Of a stretch of DNA of 64,000 bases, positions 37,078 through 50,648 are shown in pieces. A program made the translations under genes and the position numbers. The DNA is from Octopus sinensis (taxonomy: Eukaryota): contig NC_043005.1 in NCBI RefSeq assembly GCF_006345805.1, positions 67,580,001-67,644,000 of the forward strand, given 5' to 3'. The notes under the pieces are model-generated. The model saw nothing but the letters and a program-made list of their open reading frames with translations, made no database searches and had not been told where the DNA came from. The first letter of the stretch is position 1. Each line of letters starts with the position of its first letter.

Positions 37078-37414
37078 TACTCTTTTACTCTTTTACTTGC
37101 TTCAGTCATTTGACTTTGGCCATGCTGGAGCACCACCTTTTTAGTCGAGCAAATCGAACCTAGCACTTATTCTTTGTAAGCCAAGTACTTATTCTATCGG
37201 TCTCTTTTGCCGAACCGCTATGTTACGGGGACGTAAAACCACCACCATCGGTTGTCAAACGATGTTGGGGGCACAAACACAGACACACAAACATATACAC
37301 ACATGTCTACCAAATCCACTCACAAAGCTTTGGTCGGCTCGAGGCTAAAGTAGAAGACACTTGCCCAAGGTACCACGCAGTGGGACTGAACCCGGAACCA
37401 TGTGGTTCGTAAGC
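37078..37414 (-). mobile_element. SINE family A
   Basis: Homologous to 18174-18624. Confidence 0.8.
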
Positions 37415-39337
37415 GCTCAATGCAATAATAATGACTAACCCTTCAGATTTAATAAATGTTTTCTTGTATATTTACAGAACAAATAAATAACAATAATGAT
37501 TCATTTAGCTGTCTTTTATCGAAATAACAAAACACAGGCGAAACCGTAGACATGTAGCACTTAACTGTTGGACACACCATAAAACACCTCACCTTAGAGT
37601 ATATTAATGAAATTGTAGTTAAGTTGGCTTTAACATAATTATTTCTAAAATACTTGCCGAGTTGAAATCTAACTGAAATACTTCCGCGGTGGGGAAAAGA
37701 ATAAGTCAATGACTAACATTTTGATCATGTCAGTTAGTACATTAAAAAAGTATCACATCGTACTTATTGCGGCAGTGATGAGAGAACCCGTACGCACGTG
37801 GTAAACATACAACACACGGATGAAATGATATTTGTAGATTAAAATATCTATCGTCCCAGAAGTGAATTACTCAGGAACGGTTATTTACATGATGAAGAGA
37901 ACTACACAAAACTTCATGATTCACTCATTTCCATTTCAATAAGTAAGGTGAAGGTCTATACTTTCTAGAATAAGTCTAATAATACTGAAGCATATCTTGA
38001 ATTGTGTTCCGTACATGCAGAAATAATTAAAATAATCTTATCCATTGAGCTAATGTATTTTCCTCACCACAAAATTTTTCTAATTAAATTTTTTATTTCA
38101 ACTGTATTATATTGTCTACTGTTTTATATTCAGTTAAATTTAGTAATTAACCTCAGAATATATTCATTAATCACAATCCAACGGAGATTAGATTAATCAT
38201 CATCTAATATAATCTGAAATTACATATAGCTGCATCACACCTGAATGAGAACGAAATACGTTGATATCACTATGCTCCGGTTTTTTGACCACGTGACAGT
38301 TGTTATAGAGTTTAACCTCAAGTCAGCCTTGATCGAGTAGATCTGTGATCAGACTCCTAATCAGATAGTGTAACTTAGACCACATTTTACAACGTGTCCG
38401 TTCTCTTTAAATCAGAAAGCGAAATGTGATCGAGATCTGATGGTTATTTCTTACAGATCGAAGGTCTACTCCACTTACAAGCCCCCTCTCATTGGATTGC
38501 ATGTTCTAAACTTCCCAAATACTGATTAGTGTGAGCATAGAAATGTTTATCTATATAGAATAAATCGACCCTGATTAAATTAAAATAACACCTAATTGTG
38601 TCTGGAGCACATTCTTATCACCATGCAGTTATCTATTTTACAAAGCAAAAGAATGAACTTAAATTCGCACGTACGAGCACAGTTTGACGAGTATGTTCTA
38701 CTTTTAGCATGCATTAATTGATTAGATAATTGACTGTATCCAAAAACAAACATTTTCTTTAATGTTTCATTTATTCAAGCGCAATTGGAAGAAATTTATT
38801 AAATATATAAATGTAACACTGTTATGTCGCACGTTCGGATGACCTCTAGACTTCTCCCTCTATATCTACGTATTGGGCTAGCCTACTTCATCGTCTGGGA
38901 GTGTCCACACAACAAACACTTAAATGGTTTCTACAAGTCATAAATGTAAAACGAGAACATCAAAAGCAATGACAATCACACAGAAAATAGAGCAATAGTT
39001 GCCGACAACTTATCATTATGGGAACTAACAAGCCGTTCCTTCTTCCTTTCCGCCTTTTTCTCCGTTTCTATCTACGCTTTGACTTTAAACAATATCCACT
39101 CTATGTATACTTGGATCTCACCTTGTGCTAAAATGTTCATTGACTCCGAATTTACTTTCTACATTTTTTTTTCTTGATTATATTTCTGGCTAATGACTTT
39201 TCTATTCAGTTGGTCTTACCATTGTGTTGCGCATTGCTTAAGGGTTCCGTGCGACATGTAAACTTCATCAAGTTACTTGCAGCCTGATGATTAGCTGAGC
39301 GTAAAACTTGCGTAATGAGCGACACCTAGTTACGAAA

Positions 39338-39643
39338 CATATTGTTTGTTTCTTCTCTAGCCATGCCTGGCTCATAAGGGCTAGTCCTCGGTTTCCCTGG
39401 CGTGTAGGTACCCCACCTGGACGGGACGCCAGCCCGTCGCAGGTGAGCTGCAAGATGCAGGAGGAAAGAGTGAAAGAAAATTGTGGTGAAAGAGTCAGCA
39501 GAAGTTCGTCATCATCTTCTGCCGGAGCAGCGTGGAGCTTAGGTGTTTCGCTCAAAAACACACATCGCCTGGTCTGAGATTCGAACCCACGATCCCTCGA
39601 CCGCAAGTCCGCTGCTCTAACCATTAGGCCATGTGCCTCCACC
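39338..39643 (-). mobile_element. SINE family B with V-domain-like block
   Basis: tRNA head plus CCTGCGACGGGCTGGCGTCCCGTCCAGG and an (AAAC)n tail. Confidence 0.75.
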
Positions 39644-39967
39644 CGAAACATATATAGCTTCCATTTTATCTGTCCAGCACCCCTCGGCTGGGTATGTTTG
39701 TGTGTGGGGGTGCGTATGTTTGTATACTTCTATATATATGTGAGTATGTATGTTATGTTCATTTTATATATATATATGTGTGTGTGTATACATACATACA
39801 TATATAAATATTTAGTAGCAGTAACAGACCAAATGTCCTAGTGTTTCGTGCGTTGGCGCAACGCACGAAACTCTCGAGTCACTCTGTGTCTATTTTTATT
39901 AAAATTTAACAGACGTAACACTCATATTTTGAGTTCTGTTTTCTTGTTTGCACCAACATACCTATAT

Positions 39968-40018
<51 letters not shown>

Positions 40019-40054
40019 TCTTTTAATTCTCTCTATGTTTATTTTCTCTTATTC

Positions 40055-40090
40055 CTTTCTGTTGAAGAGCGTAGGCTCGAAACGTAAAAG
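40055..40090 (+). ncRNA. Hammerhead-like motif with non-canonical core (U at position 6)
   Basis: cttt-CTGTTGA-A-GAGC(gtag)GCTC-GAAA-CG-TA/aaag. Confidence 0.5.
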
Positions 40091-40606
40091 ACTTTCTCAC
40101 TTTCCCGAGCGTCCAGCTAACACACCTGCTTGTTGTTCATACACGTTCATACACCTTTCTTCGTCTCTTGTTTTACAGTAAATTTCAACTATATATATAT
40201 ACTGATAAAATGTTGAAACTTCGTTGATTTTTATACGTATATATTTTTGCCTAATAAGTTATATTTAATTAACATAAGGGGTAAATAACGTAAGGGGTAA
40301 AGGAGCGAAAATAAAGAATGTGTAGTGGCTAGCGATCTATCATGGCGAATGCCGGATAAAAGGGTCACACAGAAGAGCTAGGTAGAAGGGGAGATAATAA
40401 AGTAGTGGTGATCCCAAAACAAGGTGCGCGTGCGTGTGTATAAGAGAATTTGTATGTGCGTGTGGAAGAAGGCAGTTGATCTTGACGTGTGCTTATGTGT
40501 AGGTGTAGGTGTGAAAATTTGGGTCTGGGAAGTGGCTTGTGCTTGTTTGCGCGTGGTGGTGTGTTGTGATGGGATGTGATGTGTGGTATGGTGGTGAATG
40601 GTGTAG

Positions 40607-40828
40607 GAGTTGGCAGAAATGTTAGCACGCCAGGCGAAATGCGTAGCGGTATTTCGGCTGCGTTACGTTGAGTTAAAATTCCGCCGAGGTCGGCTTTGCC
40701 TTTCATCCTTTCGGGGTCGATAAATTAAGTACCAGTTACGCACTGGGGTCGATGTAATCGACTTAATACCTATGTCTGTCCTTGTTTGTCCCCTCTGTGT
40801 TTAGCCCCTTGTGGGTAATAAAGAAATA
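40607..40828 (+). mobile_element. tRNA-derived SINE family C with 17-bp TSD
   Basis: TSD GGTGGTGAATGGTGTAG at 40590-40606 and 40829-40845; GCCTTTCATCCTTTCGGGGTCGATAAATTAAGTACCAG central block. Confidence 0.9.
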
Positions 40829-41344
40829 GGTGGTGAATGGTGTAGTGGTATGTGGTGTAGCGTGATGGTGTTGGGAAGTGGGGGCGAAAGTGGGGAAAGC
40901 AAAGGTAGGGTGTGGGTTAGGCTGAGGGTGGAGATAGAGGTGGGGTATGGGGAGTGGGCGTAAGAAATGGGGAAGGAGAAGGTAGGTACGAGTGAAGGGA
41001 AGAGAGAAGGAGAGTAGGAGTGAAGAGAAAAAGTATATATATATATATACATACATACATATATATATGATTTCATATTTGATTACATATATGTATGTAA
41101 GTGTGTATATGTGTATATGTGTGCGCGCGCACATGTGTAACATTAAATATGAAAGCAAAAGTGTCATGGTACTGAAATAAAAAAAAAATATAATAAACAT
41201 TACTTGGAAGATGAAATTCTATTTTGAACGTGATATTTATGTTTGTGGATTTGGGTACATTCGGCAAACAATTGTGAATAAAACTAAAAGACATATCAGC
41301 ATGTGGACATGACTGCATATGTGTATATTTATATGGATAAGTGA

Positions 41345-41391
41345 ATGTGTGAAAGCGGAAATATACATATATATATACATACATACATACA

Positions 41392-41425
<34 letters not shown>

Positions 41426-41588
41426 CATACATATATACATACATATATATATACATACATATATACATACATATATACATACATATATACATACATATAT
41501 ACATACATATATATATACATACATATATACATACATATATACATACACATACATACATGCATATATATATACATACATACATACATAT

Positions 41589-41619
<31 letters not shown>

Positions 41620-41822
41620 CATACATACATATATACATACATATATATATACATACATACATATATACATACATACATATATGCATACATATATACATAC
41701 ATATATACACACACATACATACATGAATATATATAACATACATACATACATACACATACATACATACACATACATACACATACATACATACACATACATA
41801 CATATACATACATATATACATA
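41345..41822 (+). repeat. Long (TACA)n/(TA)n compound microsatellite
   Basis: Direct reading; source of the spurious IY/HT/CV ORFs. Confidence 0.95.
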
Positions 41823-41941
41823 AAGAGAGAGAGAGAGGAGAGAGAGATAAATGGATAGATAGAAAGAAAGATAGATAGACAGATAGGTAGCTAAATGCTT
41901 AAGTATATATACTTATATGTATATATATATATGTGTGTGTG

Positions 41942-42008
<67 letters not shown>

Positions 42009-42837
42009 TAGTTATGTCCATATATGCACATATACATGTATAAAGATATATTGATACAGGTAATACGGTATATATACCGACTTACATACACACAAACACA
42101 CATACATACACACATATACATGTACATGTCTATGCTTAATATTTATATATGTATATATACATATTATATATATTAGATATACAAATAGGTTTTATATAAA
42201 TATATATATTTGTATTATGTGCTCTATGTGTGTGGAGCGATAACTAAAAATATGTCTTTCATACACACATGCATACATACACACACACAGGAGCAATATG
42301 TGCGTGGGTATTTGTGTGCGTGTCTGTGTGCGTGTGTGTGTATGTGTGTGTGTGCGTGTGCGTACTAGTTTTACTCCGAAACGTCTGTTATACGTATCCT
42401 TGTACAACATCTGTAGCGGTAAATGCATATTCGAAATAGAATTTCACCTTCTAAATAATGCTCATTACATTCATTTCTTTTTGCATTTTTTTTTTTCATT
42501 GACATGTCACTTTTGATTATAATGTTTTTCGTTGCGTAAGTCTGAAGAAATTGTAATTCATTCTTTACAAAACCAACGGAAAATTTCAATGTTTCTGTTT
42601 CTATAGTACCGTAATAATAAACGTAATCAGGGCTATTCTGTGCAAATTATGTTCTGCTTAGAAATTTCGAGAATAGCTATGGATGTGTTCGACTGCACGA
42701 ACCTATCTGGTGTAGGTCACTCAGTTTATTCATAAAGTGCCAAAATGAGTAACAGTCATCACCATCATCAACATCATCATCATCATCACCACCATCATCA
42801 TTATCATCAATGTTGTTGTTATTATTATTATTATTAA

Positions 42838-43040
42838 GGCGGCGAGCTGGCAGAATCTTTAGCGCGCTGGATGAAATGCTTGGCGGTACGTTCTTATTTC
42901 AAATTCCGCCGCAGTCACCTTTGTCTTTCATCCGTGCGGGGTTGATAAAATAAGAACCAGTTGAACACTGGGGTCGATGTAATCGACTCATCCCCTACCC
43001 AAAAATTGCTATCCTTGTGGTAAAATTTGAAACCATTATT
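42838..43040 (+). mobile_element. SINE family C
   Basis: GGCGGCGAGCTGGCAGAATC head and central block. Confidence 0.8.
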
Positions 43041-44242
43041 GTAATGAATTAGTAATAATTGTGCACCCTTCGCACATGATGAATGGAATAGCCTAGTCAC
43101 TATCAGTAAAGAGAAGTACGTGAAGTACCGGTGTATTTTGTAGGCGGTCAGAAATAGTCGTCTTTACTGGTTTACTGTTTACTAAGTATAGTGTATACCG
43201 AAGTTTTTTTTTAATTATTATTATTATTATCATTATTATTATTATTATTATTATTGTTACTTTTAATCCGCATCCTTGTTACAGTCACTTGCTGAGACAC
43301 ACCCAGATACTACAATATGACTGAAAGCTTGGGAAAGGGTAGTGAAATATCGTCATGTAATACAACACAGACATTTAAATGGTTAGGGTTTTTCTAAGGA
43401 TGTGGGCAGTACTTGTCAGTACAATCTTTTGGATTTCTCTGAGATATGGTTCTCCTGGGATGTTATCTAGATGTTTCTGACATCCCTCTTTTATCATACC
43501 TACGGCACTTACAATAACAGGAACAGATCTCGTTTTAAGATGCCACATCTATATATATAAAACTCAACTTGTGTGTCTGTGTGTGTATGTGTGTTTAACT
43601 TCTCAGCACATCTCTTCCTAGCCAACAAATCGTAGAACCACCAAAAATGGGTCACTTAAAGTTTAGGCGAATGAAAATTGAACTGCGCTATTTCTGTTCC
43701 AAAATTCCTCTCGCAAGTGCAAAAATCGATAATGTATTTGTTTAGGCCTTATCCCATGCATTGAATAGTGAACTTTACTCAGTCAGCTGTTTGACGTGAA
43801 CTGTGTTCACGACGCGTGCAAGCATGCGTAAATAGCATGAAAAATAAAAAATCAAGATATAAAAACGAAACACCGTAAACATTGTAGAAATTCGGCAAAG
43901 AAATGAAGTTTTGGGATGTAGCCTGGAGGGTTTTTTCGTATTAATCGTTTGGGCTTTGTGAACACATACCATTTGGTTTCATAACATTTTTAACGCTTTG
44001 AATTAAATGTGACCATTTTACGTTGAATCTGCAGTTTGAATCACTTTAACCAAATTTTAGCAGGCCGGATATTTGATCATCACGATACATCGCCAGCGAC
44101 TCCCTGAACTCTCCCCTGAAATCCTCGTTGAGAAATCTATATATATAAAACTCAGCTTGTGTGTCTGGGTGTTTAACTTTTGGATCTACCAAGTTTCATT
44201 ATTAAGGATGGAAAGTAGTTTGTAGCAAATCTCTATATATAA

Positions 44243-44626
44243 TCTATATATATAAAGCTGAAGTTGTCTGTGTGTGGCAGGCTTTGTAGCCTTCAACTAA
44301 CACTATCTCCTTCGAGACCCTGCAGCGCAAGTTGACCAAAGTTGAGTGTATGATAGAAGGCTTGCTCTTCATTCTGGAGAAGATTAAGTTCAAATCGGAC
44401 CATGTTAACACCAAAAATTATTTACATCAAAAAGGTGCTTTTTTTCTATGAAAATCCCTGTTTTACGATTTTTGACTGCTGTGTCACCATTTTTCAGTGT
44501 ATTTCAATTGGAAAAATGTTCACTTGAAGAGAATAACAAGTTGCATAATGCAAAATTTTTACTTTGCAAAAATTCGAATTCTAAAGGGGCGAAACAAACA
44601 CAAGCAACACCGGGTGATACTGCTAT
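44243..44626 (+). mobile_element. Nested non-autonomous Helitron
   Basis: TCTATATATATAAAGCTG 5' end; GCAACACCGGGTGATACTGCTAT 3' end. Extra TC-type 5' ends at 44136 and 44230. Confidence 0.7.
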
Positions 44627-44741
44627 GTATATATATATGTATATATATATATTTATATCTGTGTGTGTGTGTGTGTGTGTATACCATTATAGATCGTTAG
44701 CCACGACACACATTTTTTCTCTCCTTCTTTTTTCTGTGTCG

Positions 44742-44777
44742 CTTTCTGTAGAAGAGCATAGATTCGAAGCGTAAAAT
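44742..44777 (+). ncRNA. Degenerate hammerhead-like motif (U6 family)
   Basis: cttt-CTGTAGA-A-GAGC(atag)ATTC-GAAG-CG-TA/aaat. Confidence 0.35.
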
Positions 44778-45705
44778 ACTTTTCTATTCCTGAGCGTTAT
44801 ACTAATACATCTGTTTGTCGTCTATACCACCTGTCTTCGTCTTTTGTTTTTTCGTAAACTCTCCCTATATATACGGATGGTGAGGAATCCTACATTGGGA
44901 GTGGTAACGACTAGGGTAGGGTAACTGACTGCTTGTTGTGATCATTCATCTTTTGGTTTCCTGTAGCTTTGCTCTCTTTTACAAACCCAGTGAACATATA
45001 TTTCCTATTTCAAAGAAACTCAAACAATAGATATAAGACCCAAATTCAAAAGATTCTCAACAATTCAACTTCTCTGGTTGACATTAAGATGCCCACCCCC
45101 AACAGGAGCCTTAACTCTCACATTCTAGAGCTCCATGACCTTCGTTTTTCAAGAGCAAAATCTTTTTAACAGGTTCAATAAGACTGGAATTTTGGAATAT
45201 GCTCATAAAAATCAGTAGTATGGGATATATGTGGCACGATTACAATTTTGTTTGGGTGTGTAAAGAGGGAAATAACCCTCATCTGCAATTTTGATGAAAT
45301 TCGAAACATAGATATTCCAGTTCATTAGAGAAAATATAATAGAAAAGTCTAATTCTTCAATTGTATGTAACACGGGCAACACCTGGTATCTCTGATAGTC
45401 TTTTATATTTCAATTATATGTATGTACTTAGTTGGTCAAATTCCTTGACAGCTATATTTTAATCAGTGGGTTAATTGTTATGTTCTGATCAATTAGCCTG
45501 GATTGATCTGTTAGTGTTGACTGGAAAATCCCAGAGGATAGTGACATTTTTATCTTCAATGACTGGCTCAGGATGGTGTTCGTACCCCGGTTATTATTAT
45601 TATATATTATTATTATTATTATTATATTATTATTATATATTATTATTATTATTATATTATTATTATTATTATCATTATTATTATTATTATATTATTATTA
45701 TATTA

Positions 45706-45741
<36 letters not shown>

Positions 45742-45764
45742 CATTATTATTATTATTATAGTAA

Positions 45765-45980
45765 GTGAGCGAGCTAGCAGAATCGTTAGCATGTCAGGAA
45801 AATGCTTAGCGGCATTTCATCCGTCTTTACGTCCTCAGTTCAGATTCTGAAAAGTTCGACTTTGCCTTTTAACCTTTTGGGGTCAATAAATTATGTATCA
45901 GTGAAACATTGAGTTCGATGTAATCGACTAATCACCTTCCCATAAACTTTAGCCATTGTACCTTTAGTAGGAAGAATTAT
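45765..45980 (+). mobile_element. SINE family C
   Basis: Same head and central block; (ATT/CAT)n tail. Confidence 0.75.
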
Positions 45981-47402
45981 TATTATTATCCTCATCATCA
46001 TTATAATCATCATCATCATCGTCATCATCAGCATTAATAGCATCATCATCATTATCATGCTGGAAAGCATACGAAAATACTTTATGAAAGTGGTCGATAT
46101 CAGAAAAATCATTTGCTTAAATAAAAACAATGGAAGAAAATATTTGGGAGGAAGAAGCAGATTATCGATGATTTTAAACTCCGACTTCCTTTTGCTACAG
46201 AAGTCAACTGTGGCGCTGAAAGTTGAGATAATAAGTAGTTATGCGAAGTTAAAGAGCTACTATGATCGAATATAAAATACTATAGCTGCTTATTTTATTG
46301 GTTCTCAGGATAATGAAATATCATTTATTCTTTGCTTGTCTTTGGATGCTTGGAGTAAGAAACTGAATATCAGAAATTAATTATTGCAGTTTTCATGTAT
46401 TAACAACTCTGCTGACCTTATGCCATTGTAAGCTCTTATATTATTGTATTATATATATATATATATCACAATCGATCACATTCTGCTTTGATACAGATGC
46501 AGTAAGTAGTTATTCTATAGACTATAACACTCTTGGTGATAACTTCCCCTGAATATCTGTAGCTGATATGTCATGGCTTATAACTGTCAAACAAATATAT
46601 TCACTTTGCTTCGTATTTTTGCAATATATAGCTTACGATTTATACAAAAAAAATGTGCAAAATTAATATATTCTGAAATTTACTGGAAGATAGACATATA
46701 ATGGAGAAATATAGAATGTGATATGTTTTAAGACTTTATTTAGTATTTCTTTTATCATGTATTATGCAATATCGATATAAAACATTATATATTCTTATTG
46801 ATATCAATTCGGTAATAGTTTAATGACAGACAAAAATATATTTCCTCTGCAGCCATAGAATGACGAAAAATTAACCGTTCAAATTATTTGATAACTTCGT
46901 ATAGAAATGGGAAGAAATAGAGGATTTCCAAGAGCAATGAATGACACAAGGAACTAAAATTCAGACAGCTTTCATTTCACATGCAAATTTGATCTGTGTT
47001 ACTCTATCTTAAACAGAAATACATAAAGAAAACAATTTCTTAAAATTATCCAGCTATTTTTCCTCGTAATTCCTATAGAAGCTCCTTGGAAACACAGAGG
47101 TGCACGAAATACACATACTTGCACACACATATACGCACGCATACACATGCACACACGAAACACACAAAACACAGAAAAAAAAAATACACACAAACAAACA
47201 AGCATACACCCGTACACACGCAAATACTCTTATCTATATACGTAAATAAATGCATGAATGTGTTTATGTTAACCTGTATATGTCAAAATCATATGACAAC
47301 TCGTTTCGTATATATAACTAGATAACAATAGGACATCATGATTATGTATGATCAATATGACATACAATCACGATGATGACTCTGATGATCATCATCAGCA
47401 GT

Positions 47403-47778
47403 AGGAGGCGCATTGACCTAGTGGTTAGAGCAGCGGACTCGTGGTCGGAGGATCGCGGTTTCGATTCCCAGACCGGGCTTTGTGTGTGTTTATTGAGCGA
47501 AAACACCTAAAGCTCCACGAGGCTCCGGCAGGGGGTGGTGGCGACCCCTGTTTTACTCTTTCGCTCCAACTTTCTCTCACTCTTTCTTCCTGTTTCTTGT
47601 CCCCGACTTCCTACGCAACCTCTGAGCCTGGATGCGCATTCATCCATCCGTCGATGCTCTCGGTGTCGGGGGTTGACCTGCTTTCTCTTTTGCGGGTCTT
47701 AGAAATAGCACAGGACCACGTTTCGGACTTCTACCACTCTGGGACGAAGACCGCTTCGCTCAACAAACAAGCAAACAA
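47403..47778 (+). mobile_element. SINE family B (different 3' module)
   Basis: Same head as 36380; (AAAC)n tail. Confidence 0.8.
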
Positions 47779-48449
47779 ACGAACAATCAGCAGTAGCAGT
47801 ATTATCATTATTATCATCTTCAACTACAAAAACAATATCATCATCATCTTCATCGAGACCTTGTATGAACCCTTAAGCAGATGGCAGAGCTGCACGAATG
47901 GCAATTAAATATCTGTCAAGTTACACCCAACCGTCTTAATAAAAGGACACATTAGGCAGTACAGCCCCTAATATACACAAATCACAGCTGCAACTATTTT
48001 GATCATAGTTGCACTCTATTTGGAATAAACATTTAGTACGGATTAACAAGCGAAATAAGTATCCCTAATATCGTAAGTACCACCATTCTCTTCGTTATCA
48101 CGCGTCATTATCATAAAATTTCATGAGTTGCTTCGAGTACCAGTAACACAAATGTTTGGAACGTTCGTTTCCAATCATTCTTCTGGTTTATAATACTTGT
48201 ATGCTCTCTGTGACCTAAAAAATATTACTTAGAAAACAGCTAGAATTTTACAGAGGATCACATTAAAATCAATGCTAAAATGGTAACAGCCAGAAATTGT
48301 GTGAGTATTATAAATAGGATTAATATGTGGGAAATATGTTGATATTGTTTTGCCATAACTCCTTGAAGAAAACAATCTAACGTCAAGAATCTCGAAACGT
48401 GGAGAGGGCTATACAAGCAGTCGGGTGGTTCTCATTTTCAGCTCAGTTT

Positions 48450-48844
48450 ACTTGAAGCTTCCTTCCCAATTAGATGGTTCCGTGTTCTATCCCACTACGT
48501 GGCACCTTGGAAAGGCATCTTCTGTTATAGCCTCGGGCGGATTAGAGCCGTGTGAGTGGAGTTGGTAGTCGGAATCTGAAAGACGCCTGTCGTATATATA
48601 TATATATATATATATATATGCGTGTGTGTGTCTTTGTGTCTGTGTTTGTCATTCCGCTACCGCTTGACAACCGGTGTTGGTGTGTTTGTGCCCCCGTAAC
48701 TTAGAGACCGATAGAATAAGTCCTAGGCTTAAGAACTAAAAGTACTGAGGGTCGATTCATTGAACTAAAACTGCTTCAAGGTGGTGCTCCAGCATGGCCG
48801 CAGTTTGATGACAGAAGCCAGTAAATGATAAAAGATAAAAGATG
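48450..48844 (+). mobile_element. SINE family A
   Basis: Homologous to 31619-32026. Confidence 0.75.
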
Positions 48845-48942
48845 ATGACATTACAAAAAAGTACAAGAATGATCGTGTGCCTAAGAGTACATCCTCACCT
48901 CTATTGCACGCGCTTTCACTACACAGACACACATGCTTAAAC

Positions 48943-48973
<31 letters not shown>

Positions 48974-49425
48974 TGTATGTATGTATGTATGTATGTATGT
49001 ATGTATGTATGTATGTATGTATGCGAGCATGTATGTATGTGTGTAAGGCTCCATTTCGGGAGCTCTGGAGTTGTGGGGAGCGTTAAGTCATCCATTAATC
49101 ACCATTAATCCCAGATTCGTTCTAACCAGGAACTGTAGTACCTATCAAGTCCTCAACTATAGGTTAAATAGATTTCCAAAGGCTAGAGGAAGCTCCTGCA
49201 ATTTTTGGTGAAGACGTGAGGAAGGCAGCTCTTCTAGGAGAAAGGTACTTTGAGACAAACCTTGCAGTCAAAGTAGTACCAGATATATTGTTAGGCTTGT
49301 CACTGAAACTTACTATAGCGACTGAGCGTGTGGCAAAAGCGCTGTACAATCTTTTTGTCACTTGAATTCAATGACGTACAGATGTCTCACAATGTGAGAC
49401 GGCTATCATCTGACAAGATGAGGGA

Positions 49426-49482
<57 letters not shown>

Positions 49483-49491
49483 ATATATATA

Positions 49492-50296
49492 TCTATATAT
49501 ATAAAACTCTAGTTGTGTGAGTGTCTGTCCCCTTCGATTTAGATTCCTAACTCCTCCCACATTTTGCGGTGCAGTTTAACCAAATTCGGGTATCTTATAG
49601 TCGTGATTCATATCGAGCCCTTCTGAGTATTAGCGCGCGTCAACTATGAGTCTACGATTTTAAAAATAATTTAACATCATTTTTATTCCATTTTAATGCA
49701 TAATTTTTCGTGTGTCGATGGCGGCGGAGTTGGCGTCCACGCTCACAGCTGCACCTGTTTGCTTCTCCCCCTTCCCTCCCTCGTGAAGCTGTGGGGAAGG
49801 GAGTGTAAAGAAATCAACGTCGTAAAGCGTTGTCAAGGAGACCAGCGTTCTTTTAGAACAACGACTTCATGGCTTGAAGACACCAAAACAGAAATGGCTA
49901 AGAAAGCCCGAATTGGCATCTATAAGGGAAGTAAGTCTCTAAAAATGCTTATATATTTATTTCCCTTACAAACCCGAGCAACGCCGGGTGATACTGCTAG
50001 TTTTTATATAAAAGTGAAGTTGTGTGTCTGTCTCCTACGATTTAAATTCCTAACTACTCCCACATTTTGCGGTGCAGTGTAACCAAAAGCGGGTATCTTA
50101 TAGTCGTGATTCATATCGAGCCCTTCTGGGTATTAGCGCGTGTCTACAATGAGTCTACGATTTAAAAAATAATTTACCATCATTTTTTCACATTTTTAAT
50201 GCATTTTTTGCTATTATATAAGGGATGTAACTCTCTAAAAATGCTTATATAGCTATTTCCCTTACAAACCCGAGCAACGCCGAGTGATAATGCTAG
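49492..50296 (+). mobile_element. Two head-to-tail non-autonomous Helitrons (49492-50000, 50001-50296)
   Basis: Two hairpin+CTAG 3' ends; same family as 35708-36343. Confidence 0.85.
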
Positions 50297-50599
50297 TTAT
50301 ATATTATTAATTAAGGATCCCTCGTAGATAGGCACACACTCATATACATATGCATATAGGCATTCTCACGCATATAATGTTGGGCAACTACTGTGATGAA
50401 GCCGCCTACTGAGGAAGAAACAGATTTCCTCTAGTTTCCACTGACTGGAATGTAACTTTTGCGGTTATTAATTCTCCAGATTATGTTACCGATGATTATG
50501 TCACATTCTATGGAAGCGGTGATGGTTGCAAGAAATCAAAAATTAGTCTTGTTTGGTGTTTAATACAACATTATTCTTATTTGATATATGTATGTGTTC

Positions 50600-50648
<49 letters not shown>

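Larger units (their letters stand above)
43548..45398 (+). mobile_element. Composite Helitron inserted into an RLE LINE
   Basis: A|TCTATATATATAAAA at 43548 and CACGGGCAACACCTGG..GATAG|T at 45398. The flanks rejoin as the LINE sequence AAG ATG TGG on the minus strand. Confidence 0.75.
43255..45590 (-). mobile_element. RLE LINE 3' fragment split by a Helitron (parts 45399-45590 and 43255-43547)
   Basis: YEHHPEPVIEDKNVTILWDF...KEFDQLS | MWHLKTRSVPVIVSAVGMIK...TAHILRK; (TAA)n at both outer ends. Confidence 0.8.

Noticed and set aside
41073-41878. Long ORFs of 135-246 aa (IY/HT/VC-rich), and similar ORFs throughout the track
   Set aside because: These are translations of (TA)n, (CA)n and (TACA)n microsatellites that lack stops by composition; they are not genes.
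41150-42520. Possible sixth divergent inverted pair (41150-41270 vs 42375-42520)
   Set aside because: Similarity is short and patchy and no CUGANGA survives; not counted.
49290-49400. Perfect minus-strand GTAAGT donor with an upstream acceptor-like site
   Set aside because: All three frames between the sites contain stops; could only be a non-coding exon.
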